Origin: Nymphaea colorata | Lineage: Eukaryota | DNA: 64,000 nucleotides | NCBI RefSeq assembly: GCF_008831285.2 | Contig: NC_045138.2 | Coordinates: 19,282,001-19,346,000, forward strand | Reading direction: 5' to 3' | Shown: piece after piece, positions 11,726 to 23,636 of the stretch | Numbering within the stretch: the stretch's first letter is position 1 | Layout of the letters: the number at the start of each line of letters is the position of its first letter | The notes under the pieces: model-generated | Seen by the model: only the letters and a program-made list of their open reading frames with translations | Told to the model about the DNA's origin: nothing | The model's database searches: none | Position numbers and translations under genes: made by a program

Positions 11726-14700
11726 ATGGAGTCGACCCCTACTAGAATGGTCTCTTTAAATGGAAACAATTGGACTATATGGAAAGCGAAAATGGAAGAT
11801 TTGCTGTATTGTAAAGACCTGTATGCACCAATTGAGAACCAAAAGCCAGCGAATATGACAGATGAAAAATGGAAGTTATTGGACAGGAAAACCATTGGCA
11901 CCATCAGACAATGGTTAGATGACTGTGTTTTTCATTTGGTATCCGCAGAGACGAGCGCGAAGTCGTTATGGCAGAAGTTGCATGATCTTTACGAGAGGAA
12001 AACAGCTGGGAACAAGACTTTCTTGATTAGGCAATTGGTAAATCTAAAACTTAGAGAGGGAAAACCAGTGTCAGAGCATTTGAATGAAGTACAAAGCATA
12101 ATTAATCAGTTGTTAGCCATGAAAATGATATTAGATGATGAGTTACAGGCACTCTTGTTGCTCAGTTCTCTTCCCGACAGTTGGGAGACTTTAGTTGTTT
12201 CTTTGAGCAACTCCGCTCCAGATGGTGTGCTTACGATGAAGCATGTAACCAGCAGCATTTTAAATGAAGAAACAAGGAGAAAGTCTCTTGGTACTGGTAG
12301 CTCGCAAGTGTTAGTGATGGGAGACAGGGGCAGACAGAAGAACCGTAACAAATGGCAAGACAGATCAAAATCCAGGTCCAAATCAAGACCAAAGATGACA
12401 GGTAAATGCTTTCACTGTGGTATTCCAGGGCACAAGAAGATTGATTGCAGAAAATGGAAAGAAGAAAAAGAGCAGAAAAAGAAGATTCAAGAGAATGTGA
12501 AGCCAAAAGAGTACACTGCAGTTGCTTCAGATGATGATGTAGTGTTATTTTTATCTGAGGAAAATGATTGTCTTACAGTTCAGAATGGTGATTCTACATG
12601 GATTTTAGATACAGGGGCATCATATCATGCCACACCATGTAGGGAGTTATTCTTATCCTACAGAGCAGGTGATTTTGGAGTAGTTCACATGGGCAACAGT
12701 GACACTTCGAAGATTGTTGGGATAGGAGATGTTTGCATTCAGACGAGCACATGATGCAAGTTGACTTTGAGAGATGTGAGACATGTTCCAGACTTGAGAA
12801 TGAATTTGATTTCTGCAGGAAGACTAAGTGAAGATGGATATTGTAATTCGTTTAGTCAGACAGGTTGGAAACTTACCAAGGGGGCACTAGTGTTGGCTAG
12901 AGGTGACAGATTTGGCTCTTTGTATAGGATGAAGTCTCGAATCAGTAGTGTGGATGTCAATGCAGTTACTGGTGGTACTTCGTCAGATTTGTGGCATAAG
13001 AGGTTAGGTCACATGAGTCAAAGAGGAATCGACTTGCTCACCAAGAAGAATTTGTTACCAAAGGCAGATGGTGCACAGATATCTCCATGTGATCATTGTT
13101 TGGTTGGTAAGTTGCATCGAGTTTCTTTTCAAAAAAAGCGCTCTTCAAAAACTAAACATGTTTTAGATTTAGTTTATTCAGATGTATGTGGACCTATAAA
13201 TGTGACATCTAAAGGTGGAGCATCCTATTTTGTTACATTTATTGATGATGCATCTAGGAAGGTGTGGGCCTTTACAATGAAAAGCAAAAGTGAAGTAAGT
13301 AGCATCTTCATGACTTTTCATGCAGCAGTTGAGCGCGAGACTGGTAAGAAGATGAAGAGACTGCGTACAGACAATGGTGGTGAGTATATAGCATCTTCTT
13401 TACGAGATTATTGTTTAAAGCATGGTATTAGACATGAATAGACAGTTCCTTATACTCCACAGCATAATGGAGTTGCAGAAAGGATGAATAGAACAATAAT
13501 CGAGAGAGTTAGAAGTTTGTTATCTAGCTCTAAGTTGTCTAAGTATTTTTGGGCAGAGGCAATGCGTACTGCAGTTTATTTAATAAACAGGTCTCCTTCA
13601 GTGCCTCTAGATGGAGACATTCCACAGAGAGTTTGGTCAGATGAAGAGGTTAAGTATGATCACCTCAGAGTTTTTGGTTGCAAAGCTTTTATGCATGTAC
13701 CTAAAGAACATAGGACCAAACTAGATGATAAAGCTATTCCTCTGATATTTCTTGGTTATGCAGATGATGAATTTGGTTACAGGTTATGGGATCCAAAGAA
13801 TGACAAAATCTACAGGAGTCGTGATGTTGTCTTCAGAGAGGATCAGACTATTGAAGATGTCATGGGAGACACGAAGTCAGGTGTGAATGCTAGTGGTGTT
13901 CATGAGCCAACCTATGCAGAACCTGAAGAACTTTCATCTGAGCATGGTGAAACTGATGAAGATGTAGAGGAAGAAGAAAGAGAGACAGATGAGCAGTATA
14001 CAGATGGCAGCCCTATAGAGACTCAAACTGATTATGAGCATGAGTTGGAGGGGGAGCTTCCTTCGCATTCAGAGCCAATTGAGGAGCAATTGGGTAGAGG
14101 TAAAAGAACACGTATACCATCTACTAGATATTCTACTGATGAATATATTATGTTTACAGATAGTGGAGAGCCAGAATGCTATGCAGAAGTGCTAGATGAT
14201 GTGCATAAAGATGAATGGATTAAAGCTATGAAGGATGAGATGAATTCTTTATACAAGAATCACACTTTTGATTTGGTAGAGCTACCAAAAGGTAAGAAAG
14301 TGTTGCAGAACAAGTGGGTCTACAAGCTTAAAAATGAAGGTCAAGGCAAGTTGAGATACAAAGCTCGGTTAGTGGTGAAAGGTTTCAAGCAGGAAAGAGG
14401 TATTGATTTTGATGAAATTTTTTCTCCTGTTGTTAAAATGTCATCTATCAGGGTAATACTTGGTTTGGTGGCTTGTCTAGACTTGGAGTTGGAGCAGTTA
14501 GATGTAAAAACTGCTTTTCTTCATGGAGATCTAGAGGAAGAAATCTACATGACACAACCAGAAGGTTTTGTGGTTGCCAGGAAGAAACACATGGTTTGTA
14601 AGTTGAAGAAAAGCTTGTATGGACTTAAACAAGCACCTAGACAGTGGTACAAGAAATTTGATGCATTTATGATAAATCAAAAGTATCGCAGGTCAGCTGT

Positions 14701-15734
14701 AGATCATTGTGTCTACATCAGAGAGTTCTCATCAGGTAGCTTCATTATCTTATTGTTATATGTAGATGACATGCTTATTGTTGGACAGGATTGTCAATTG
14801 ATTAGCCAATTGAAGATCGATATGAGCAAGTTCTTTGATATGAAAGACTTGGGGCCATTACAACAATTGTTAGGCATGAGGATTGCTCGTGATAGGAAGA
14901 CCAAGAGGTTGTGGTTATCACAAGAGAAATACATTGAGAAGGTGCTTAGCAAGTTCAACATGAAAGATGCCAAAACTGTAAGTACACCTTTAGCAGCACA
15001 CTTTAAATTGGGAAATGAACAATGTCCTTTTTCAGCAGATGAGAAAGAAAGAATGGAGAATGTTCCATATGCCTCCGCAGTAGGGAGTCTCATGTATGCT
15101 ATGGTTTGCACACGCCCAGACTTGGCTTATGCAGTTGGTGTAGTTAGCAGGTTCTTGTCAAATCCAGGCAAGGAGCATTGGACAGCAGTGAAGTGGATCC
15201 TAAGGTATCTGAAAAGTACTTGTACTTACTGTTTATGTTTTGGTGAATCTAATCCAGAGATACAAGGATTTGTTGATGCAGACATGGCAAGTGACTTGAA
15301 CTCTAGGAAGTCTCTTTCTGGTTATGTTTTTACTTTTGCAGGGGGAGCTGTATCATGGCAGTCCAGGTTGCAAAAGTGTGTTGCTCTTTCTACTACAGAG
15401 GCAGAATATATTGCAGCAACTGAAGCTTGTAAAGAGTTGTTGTGGATGAAGAGTTTTCTTCATGACAGGCCTTAGTCAGAAGACCTATGTGTTGCATTGT
15501 GATAGTCAAAGCGCTATACATTTGGCGAAGAATTCAGCGTTCCACTCAAGGACCAAGCACATTGATGTTAGATATCATTGGATTCGTGATGTGCTTGAGC
15601 AGAAATTGATTCAGTTAGAGAAGATACAGACAGAGAAGAATCCTACAGATATGATGACGAAGTCTCTACCTAGAGAGAAGCATGACATGTGTAGAGACTT
15701 AGTTGGGATGACTGCCTTTAAGGCAGTGTATTAA
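11726..15734 (+). pseudogene. Copia gag-pol polyprotein, disrupted
   Basis: Zinc knuckle CFHCGIPGHKKIDC, protease WILDTGASYH, GAG-pre-integrase LWHKRLGH, integrase SDVCGP/TDNGGEY, RT QLDVKTAFLHG/LLLYVDDML, RNase H DADMA/CDSQSAI. In-frame stops at 12752 (TGA) and 13439 (TAG), and a frameshift at ~15465. Confidence 0.95.
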
Positions 15735-15768
15735 TTTTTGTTCATTTTGCAGGTATGATCCCTCTCTT

Positions 15769-15784
15769 GAGGCTGGAGGGGGAG
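15769..15784 (+). promoter_or_regulatory. Polypurine tract
   Basis: tgaggctggagggggag lies immediately before the 3' LTR. Confidence 0.85.
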
Positions 15785-15786
15785 TT

Positions 15787-16474
15787 TGTTGGGTCGGGTC
15801 CAGCCTCAAAAGAAGACCCGACCCGGCCCGTCACTTAAGTGACGGGCGGGTGAAGGAGAAGGCACCCGATGGTGCCCCTCCCTCTTATGACGCCTCACAC
15901 ATCTCTCTCTCTCGTTTTTCATTTGGGGAAAAAGAAGAGGGTTTCCTCTTGTGGCTGCTCACATCAAGAGGAGAGGAAGAAGAGAAAGGCAAGGAGGAGA
16001 AGAAGGAGAAATCACAGCAAGGTGCGTGGGTCGATTGGCACGCCAAGAAGAAAGAAGAAAGACAAAGAAGAAAGAGAAAATGAAGGGAGTCTTCATTGGG
16101 TGATTTCTTTCTTGAATCTTTGGGGCTCTTTCTTTCATTCGTATAAGAGATTGTTATTGCTCTCTTGAGTTCACTGTTTTTCTTAAAACAGTAGGGATAT
16201 TGTTGCTCGTGTATTTGGCTCCCTTTCTTGATATATAGAAAGTCTCTCTTGCCCGTGGTTTTTTACCCTATTATTGGGGGTTTTTCCACGTAAATTGGTG
16301 TCTCCTTTTTCTTGCATCTCTAGCATATATTTTGATATATATTGCTGCAACATTGGTGTTGGAATCTCGATCTTATGCACGCTGCCCTGTAATTCCGTTT
16401 TTCAGTAGTTTTGTGGTGGTTTGCCCTATTTTATTGTTGTTGAAGCATTCTTGTTGGGGGACACGACTATAACA
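15787..16474 (+). repeat. 3' LTR
   Basis: 688-bp direct repeat of 10949-11636, followed by the TSD AGTGG. Confidence 0.97.
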
Positions 16475-18364
16475 AGTGGCTCATTACCATCCTTACCATA
16501 CCATCTCCATGCTGCCTATCTCAATGACAATAATTTTAGTGGCCCATTCCCAAATTCATACAACCTCCTTAACATAGAACTATTAGACCTTTCTAGCAAC
16601 TCATTGACGGGAATTCTTCCTTCTAATTTAACACATGGTCCATCTTTCATGTGATCCCCAATTCAATACCTTGACCTTTCTAGCAACTCATTGACGGGAT
16701 ATCTTCCTTCTAATTTAACACATGATCCATATTTCATTCATTCCGCAATTCAATACCTTGACCTTTCTAACAACAGGTTTCATGGCTACCTCAACCTCAG
16801 ATTTTTTGCAAACTTGAAGAACCTTTACTTCTTATCACTTTCTAGGAATAATTGGACTGTAGATGTTCACGACCCAACCCTCAAGTTTCCAAGTTTACAG
16901 GAGCTGAGGTTGGCCTCATGCGACATCAGCCAGCTTCTCCAATTCCTACATCACCATAAACCCATTCAGACTTTGGACCTCTCAAAGAACATGATCACTA
17001 GGGAAATTCCAAAATGGTTAAGACTTTCTAATTCTTTGATCGTATCCCACAACATGATAACAAGCATTGAAGAAGAAACTTTTCTCAACATTGAGAAAGT
17101 TGACTTGAGCTACAACATGTTGAACAGACTTCCAAAATTTCTTTCCCCTAGCACAAGTTCCTTTGAAAACATGGTGTATTTTTCAGTCAAGAATAATAGT
17201 GTCATGGGAGAACTACCAGCTTCCTTGTGCAACTTCACTATGCTTTTATCACTTGACTTGTCGAACAACAAGTTCAGTGGCCAAATACCTGATTGCCTCC
17301 TTCATATGAGTTTGGTTGAAGTCATGCTCCAGAACAATCAATTGCGGGGTCAAATCCCAGAATTTGGTGGTCACACAGGAACTGCATTGACAACACTTGA
17401 TCTAAGTGATAATAGGTTTGTGGGTTACATCCCTACATCCCTTGGGAGCTGCAGAAATCTGGAATTCATAAATTTGGGGCACAACAAATTGAGTGGTGAA
17501 TTCCCTTGGTGGCTTGCAAAACTTCCACAACTGAAAATTCTTGTGCTGAGGTCCAACTCGTTGAATGGTTCTATCAACTTCACCTTTGACATGAACGTGT
17601 TCCAAGAATTGCTCGTGCTTGACATCTCGGCCAACCAATTTGCTGGAAAACTTCTACTTGGCTTGTTGCTAAGTCTCAATGCAATGAAGTCTTTCAACCC
17701 CGAATCTTCTATCCCTTTGCAATTTTGGACTTCTTTTTTGAAAGGTTTTTATAAAGACTGGGAAGTGACATTGAACACCAAAGGAATAAACTTGACCTAT
17801 GAAAGGGGAATGCATTCAATCATGAAGACAATTAAGGTCTCCAACAACTACTTTGAGGGTGGGATTTCAGAAGAAGTTGGAGATCTTAAGGGGCTCCAAG
17901 CTCTAAGGATTTCAAAGAACAAGCTCAAAGGCCCAATTCCAAAGAGCATTGGTGCCCTGACACATCTAGAATCATTGGATCTATCTCATAACTACCTTTC
18001 AGGTGAAATACTAGAAAAACTTACTAAACTCAATTCTCTTGGGTATTTAAATCTGTCATACAATAGTCTTTCTAGAAGAATCCCTCAGTCGCCACATTTT
18101 TCCACATTTGATGCTCTAAGCTTTGAAGGGAATCCTAGTCTTTGTGGACCGCCACTTTTGCTGCCTTGTAAAGCCAATAACGGAGCCACATTGTTTCCTT
18201 TTGTTGGATTGAGAGAAACAGATGAAGAGAAAATGTGGAAGTACGTATCAATGGGATTAGGTTTTGGAGCAGGCTTTGGCACCGCAATCAGCTTTTCATA
18301 TTTCTTGAATAATGGAAGGGGGTTCAACAACTTTTGGAGAAGATGCTACTGGTCATGTGCTTAA

Positions 18365-19100
18365 TCTAGATACATAAATAAGTTTGAAGGCTTGTTTACA
18401 TAATCAAGAGGGCGACACAACTTTTCATGAGACGGTCAATCCTCTTTCTTATTGTTGCAAGGCGTGTGGCTCAGGAAGTTCCAAAAAATATAGCCGTCCA
18501 CTTTATTCATTGCAAAGATCAACTTTGTGCAGTGTAGTCATCTTAGTTAAGAATAAGAACCACGTCATGTTCTCATGTCTTTCATATTGTTATGCAATGT
18601 GACCTTTTTCTTGTAGAAAATTTCCCTTCTTTCACATATTGACATGTCCATAAAATTATTATTAGTAATTATATAATAAATTAATTTAATATTTTAGTTA
18701 AAAGTTAAGCTTTCAGGTCGCTCCTTCACGCTTTTTTTATAACCCTTTATCTTTCACTGCTTGCTCTTCAATGCAACATAAATGGGATGTTTGGATGACT
18801 CTGTGAAACCAAGTTTATATTATTATATAGTATTCGGATGCCATCAAGACTGTTCTAAGGGAATCTCTGCCTGGACAAAACAAAGGAAGTGAAAAATCTA
18901 AATCCCACCAGGTTATCCATAAAAACTGTCATATATGTGTATAAAAGAAAAGAAACCATAATCTCATTAGCTCATCGAAACTTTGTTTTTATAAAATCAA
19001 GTTTTCGTAAAACTATATTAGATGAGGATGTCATCCAAAAGCTCTCTAAGAAATCTGCTTATTGACTATTTAGTCTCGTATTGAGTAAGAGCAGTAGTGG
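18365..19100 (+). repeat. RLP 3'-flank block (paralogous to ~33440-35110 and ~46370-47870)
   Basis: Shared runs such as aatcaagagggcgaca, ggctcaggaagtt, atgcaacataaatgggatgtttggatg and caggttatccataaaaactg follow each RLP stop codon. Confidence 0.9.
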
Positions 19101-19296
19101 AATGGGCCATGTCATGTCACACGCCCCTACCCACCACGACCTTTCCGAAGGGAAATAATTCAAGGGTGCTAGGTTCTATTAGTGCGCTTCGGATCTCAAA
19201 TCTGAATCCCATTTGAAATCCCTTTTAGTTGGGTTCACAAAATAAAATAAGTAAATAACACTGGATCTCAGATCTATGAAAAAAATGAAGATTTGT

Positions 19297-19436
19297 GATC
19301 CTTAGACTATGTTTGGTAGCCTCGGTTTGATCTCAAATCTTCCAATCTGATATCCTTAGACTATGTTTGATAGCCTCGGTTTGATCTCAAATCTTCCAAT
19401 CTGAGATCCTTAGACTATGTTTGATAGCCTCGGTTT
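19297..19436. repeat. 54-bp tandem repeat (~2.6 copies) inside a dispersed repeat element
   Basis: Unit gatccttagactatgtttg(a/g)tagcctcggtttgatctcaaatcttccaatctga. Related single-unit elements at ~37010-37520 and ~49735-50230; partial copy at ~28955-29250. Confidence 0.85.
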
Positions 19437-19785
19437 TTAAATCGGTGGCTACCATAGATTGTTTGATAGCCTCGGTTTTCACAAGGTAACACATATTTGA
19501 GATTCCCAATTAAGAAATCTATTGTTTGTTTAAGCTGTGGATTTAAACTAACGTGAATTTAAGATCAGCCTTAGATCTCATAAAGATGACCTTGTGGTCT
19601 CAGATCATCTCATAAGCCAGATCCATAGTGCACAAATGCCTTGATTGGGGCATTTTCTAGACTTCAAAATAAATTATTAGAGCTTTTCAATTTCAAAATT
19701 ATAATATTTTTTAAAACAAAATAAGAGGTCGGGTTTTTATCTCTTACTTAAGTGGCGTGGTGGCGTGGTGGTATTTACCAATTGT

Positions 19786-19847
<62 letters not shown>

Positions 19848-20978
19848 CCCGTGAGGGCTTGTGTCTCTCTCTCCAACTCTTTTCTTCCTTAGTCCACTAC
19901 CGAACCACTCTCTCCCAGTTGTACTGTATCACACAATCAAAATATCAATCGATTTCTACAAAAAAAAACGTACTGAACGGAAAAAGGATCTCCCCACGAG
20001 AAGCAGAAAAACAGCATATATATATATTTTTTAAAAAAGGAGACTGTATCTGAAAGGAATTTTTGTTGCTTCCTTCTTCAACTTCTCCATCATCACATTG
20101 AGATTCACACCGAGCACCGATGCCTTCATAGAGACCTAGGGACAAGGGAGAGGGCTTCTCCTTCACAGGCATTCATAGAACTAGGGACAAGGGGGAGGGG
20201 CTTTCGACTCCTTTTGAGTCGTAGTAACATCGCTAACTCGAAAGCAGGGGAAAGGTTGGTGTGGACTACCAGCGGGGCAATTGCCCACACTAATCTCAAG
20301 TAAAGTTCCTAGTTTCATATTGATATTTGTGAGCAATTCTTTTCATTTACACATTGACATCCCTTTTAAAATGGTGAATTTCTTAATTTTGTTCAGCCCT
20401 TTCCTGTTTTAGGTTTTGACTTTGTGCGCCAATTTTAAAAACAATTTGATAATTCGCTCTGAATTTTTTTTTTGGAGTAATTTAATAGGAACATTGTATT
20501 CGAAACAATTACATTATCCCTTCAACCAAAGAGCAAAATAACCTACAAATGACACACTAACTATGGAGACAAATATGATGTCGCTAGGAAAAGGAAAACG
20601 ATGAAATGAGACGATGAAACAAGCAGGACAAAAAAAGAAAACCAAAGAGAAAAATTAGTTTTACACATTATAGAAAATAAATTAAAAATTTATTAATCGC
20701 TTTAATAACAAGAAAATGGTAAATGTTTTGTTCCAGGCAGTCGCCCTCAGGCACTGATGGAGGAGAAGGGGAGAAACGGAAAGGGCTACGGCAGCTCCGG
20801 GGACGAAGGAGAAGGAGAGAAACAGGAAGAGCTAGGGCAGCTTGGGGGCAGAGACAGAGGAGAGAAAACAATGGGGTCGGAACGGAATAGAACAAAAAGA
20901 TAATTTATACTATTGTTTAAGTCCGAGGTGTCCAGCCTGTCCTATAATCAAAAGACCTCTAAGGGAACCTACAAACTA

Positions 20979-21146
20979 AAGGAGGAGGAGCCAAGGTAGG
21001 ACCCGCATGGGCTCTATCCCCACCTCAAAAAAAAAAAATACTTCACTTGTTCTATATAAAAATTTTGAAAAATGATATTTCGGCCCTATTTAAAATTTTG
21101 AAACATTTATTCAGCCTTTTTCATGAAAAATTTCTGCCTTCACTCC
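20979..21146 (-). mobile_element. Short MITE-like element (same family as 51885-52090, opposite orientation)
   Basis: The reverse complement shares agaaattttt.at.a.aa...c.gaat and gggccgaaatatcat.tt.caaaatttt with 51885-52090. Confidence 0.6.
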
Positions 21147-21154
21147 AATTCTGT

Positions 21155-22292
21155 TACGAACATATTTTTGCAATTTTCTAAATATTAAGTGAAATATCTG
21201 CAAATATGTCAAAATCGTGCAGCTATTGGTTTATTTCGCAAGGAAAAAAGTCACATTGATGAGAGAAAACTTGAAGTTATCCATTGAAATGGTTGCACCA
21301 AACCATGTGCAAGTGGGGACTGTTCGGTTAGACTTGGGTGAACCTTTTCTTGACTTTGAAAGTGGAAGGCGCAGGTTCCTTTCTGTCTCTGCAAGGCCAA
21401 CATCATCGGGTGTTCTTTGGTTTTCTATTCTAGGGGCGGCAGGGGAGAAGGGTGTTTTCTAGCCCATAGTTTAAGAACCCCAACTTGATCAATTCCAAAA
21501 TGTTCATACTTAATCAAATTCTCCCTTCGACTGAAATCCTATTATCTGGGATTCATAAAAACGAACAAAAAAAGGAAATGCATAGATGATAAAAAATTAT
21601 ATGTAGTTTTGGATTTGCATCTACGTTTCACTAAAACCCTGATCGCGTTTCAGGCTTTAAACTTAAAAGTTGGGGGAGATATTAGGCAGATCAGGGTCTA
21701 GTTCTTGCTGGTTCCATATGCTCTAGGTATCAGTTTGCAGTTGTTTAAGCAAAATCCCAATAGCTTGGATTTGTTAAACCCGAGATGGAAACAGAATCCG
21801 ACGAGTTTACAGCAGTTGGGTTGACTACCACGCCAGTGGCCAACCAGTTCGCTGCAGACTGCATTATGTGTTTGTCTCTCATACTCACGCATATATATAT
21901 ATATAGGAAGAGAGAGAGATTGGTAAAAACCAAGATACTTAGGTGAGAAATAAAAACCAAACCTGCTAAAAAAATTATTTAAAAAAAAATATAAACAGCT
22001 TAATATATTTGTAAAAACTACTTTGATATAAACCATGCTTTGAATCAAGTCGTTTTAATGAAAAATGTTGATTTCTCTATTATCAAAATGTTCATGCTAT
22101 GAGAGTCATTCATTTTTGCCTATTATAAAAAACATTTATGAAAACCCAAAGAATGATCAACGTAATATATATATATATATAGCATCAACTTGTCCTTAAG
22201 ATTATATTGGTAAGGTTAGATTTCAGAAAAAAAAAACACTTTCAATATCATATTTAAAGGGTTTGATTTTTGTCCTTGACTTATGGTTCTGG

Positions 22293-22372
<80 letters not shown>

Positions 22373-23100
22373 TTATGAAAATTTGCTTAATTTATTAACT
22401 ATTCACAGCCACATATGAAGTCTAAGAATTGTTGTGATTGACATAGCATAACTGATCAAGGTAGTGGATCCGCGAGAGTTTGGTCACTAGTTAGATTTAC
22501 ATAAGCAATATTGAACTGCAAAAAGTGAGAGATGCTATTTTAGAGGTGAAAGGAAATAACCATAAGTTCATCCAAATCCGCCTCTGCACACCCAGGAAAA
22601 AAGAAAGGGAATCGACTATTTCCTTGTAATTATGTCATGTTCCTACATTATAGTTACGGTAAATCCTACTTCTATGAATGTCGTTACTGTTGATTTGCAT
22701 TAAGAAAACAACAAAACAATGTTGTTTAAGAGCATTGGGATATGTATTCAAAAGTGAGTACGTCAGTTGAATGTAAAATTTAAGAATTTAGCCAGGTTTT
22801 TTTTTTATCAATAACCGATTAGTTCAACAGCTTCTACAGTTTATTACATAGTGAAGATTATTTATTTGGTTGGAAAATATAAAATTAAATAAAATAAAAT
22901 AAAAAGATGGCCTGTGGCAAGCTTAACAATTCACGATAATCATTAACTCATTATTTTAGTAGAAATTATTTGCATGCTTCAAGTACTATCCGACAAGTCT
23001 CTTAACTCATTTGGTCACAACCAACAAAAGAAGAGAGCTACGACTCCTAATAGCACTCGAATCATATGGTTTAGGTTATAAGGTACGAAATCTAATAAGG
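21155..23100 (+). repeat. DUF247 upstream block, duplicated at ~53895-55300
   Basis: Co-linear shared sequence from aaatattaagtg(a/g)aatat...gcagctattgg to ggtacgaaatctaataagg; the ORF-track peptides 21217 and 53806 are also alike. Confidence 0.9.
22294..22366. repeat. (TA)n microsatellite
   Basis: About 36 uninterrupted TA units. Confidence 0.95.
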
Positions 23101-23636
23101 AAGTGACCATATTATATCTAGGCAAAAGATGCAACAAATTTTGACTTGGCATTAAAAACTCAAAGTGAGTAGCAGAGTCACATATCGGTTGGCCATCCCC
23201 ATAAATTTTCTTTTATTTTTACATGGGTGCCTTTAATTATTTTTTTATTTATACATGTTGGTGCTTCTTAAGTTATGCAATATTTTTGAACTAGTGCCTC
23301 CCTGCCCAAAATTTCTGTCTCCAACATTCCAAGGATACCAATCAATAGCAAAACCTGAATACAGGCCAGATTTTTACAAATATTTGAATTTTGGAAAACT
23401 CATTTTTTTATCCTATCATCTAAATGGTGCCTTAGCTTTTCTCAGTGGTCAGTTAAATTCTTTATAAATAGCGTACTGTTGCATGCGTTTTCATCATAGG
23501 AAGCAGGCTGAGTTTTTGTCATTGCTCTAACAATTTCTCCGACAATTCTCTACTGTGGCTTGGCCCACAGAAGATGTTGCTTACAAGTTTTCATTATTTG
23601 CTTTAGGTATTCTGCCTCTGCTGTGGCTCTTTCTAT

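Larger units (their letters stand above)
10949..16474 (+). mobile_element. Full-length Ty1/copia LTR retrotransposon (Tnt1/Tto1-like)
   Basis: Two 688-bp LTRs with TG...CA ends, 5-bp TSD AGTGG (10944-10948 and 16475-16479), tRNA-iMet PBS at 11640, PPT at ~15769-15784, and gag-PR-INT-RT-RH domain order. Confidence 0.98.
9324..18364 (+). pseudogene. LRR receptor-like protein copy 1 (pseudogene, split by a copia element)
   Basis: Signal-peptide-like segment, LRRNT cap (SSWGGNESNCCLCEGVECNPQTGRII), plant extracellular LRRs (LxxLxxLDLSxNxLSGxIP), C-terminal FEGNPSLCGPPL, GxxxG transmembrane helix and short tail. Lesions versus copy 3: TCA>TAA at 9936, frameshifts at ~10620 and ~10893, retrotransposon at 10949-16474, in-frame TGA at 16652. 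Confidence 0.93.
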
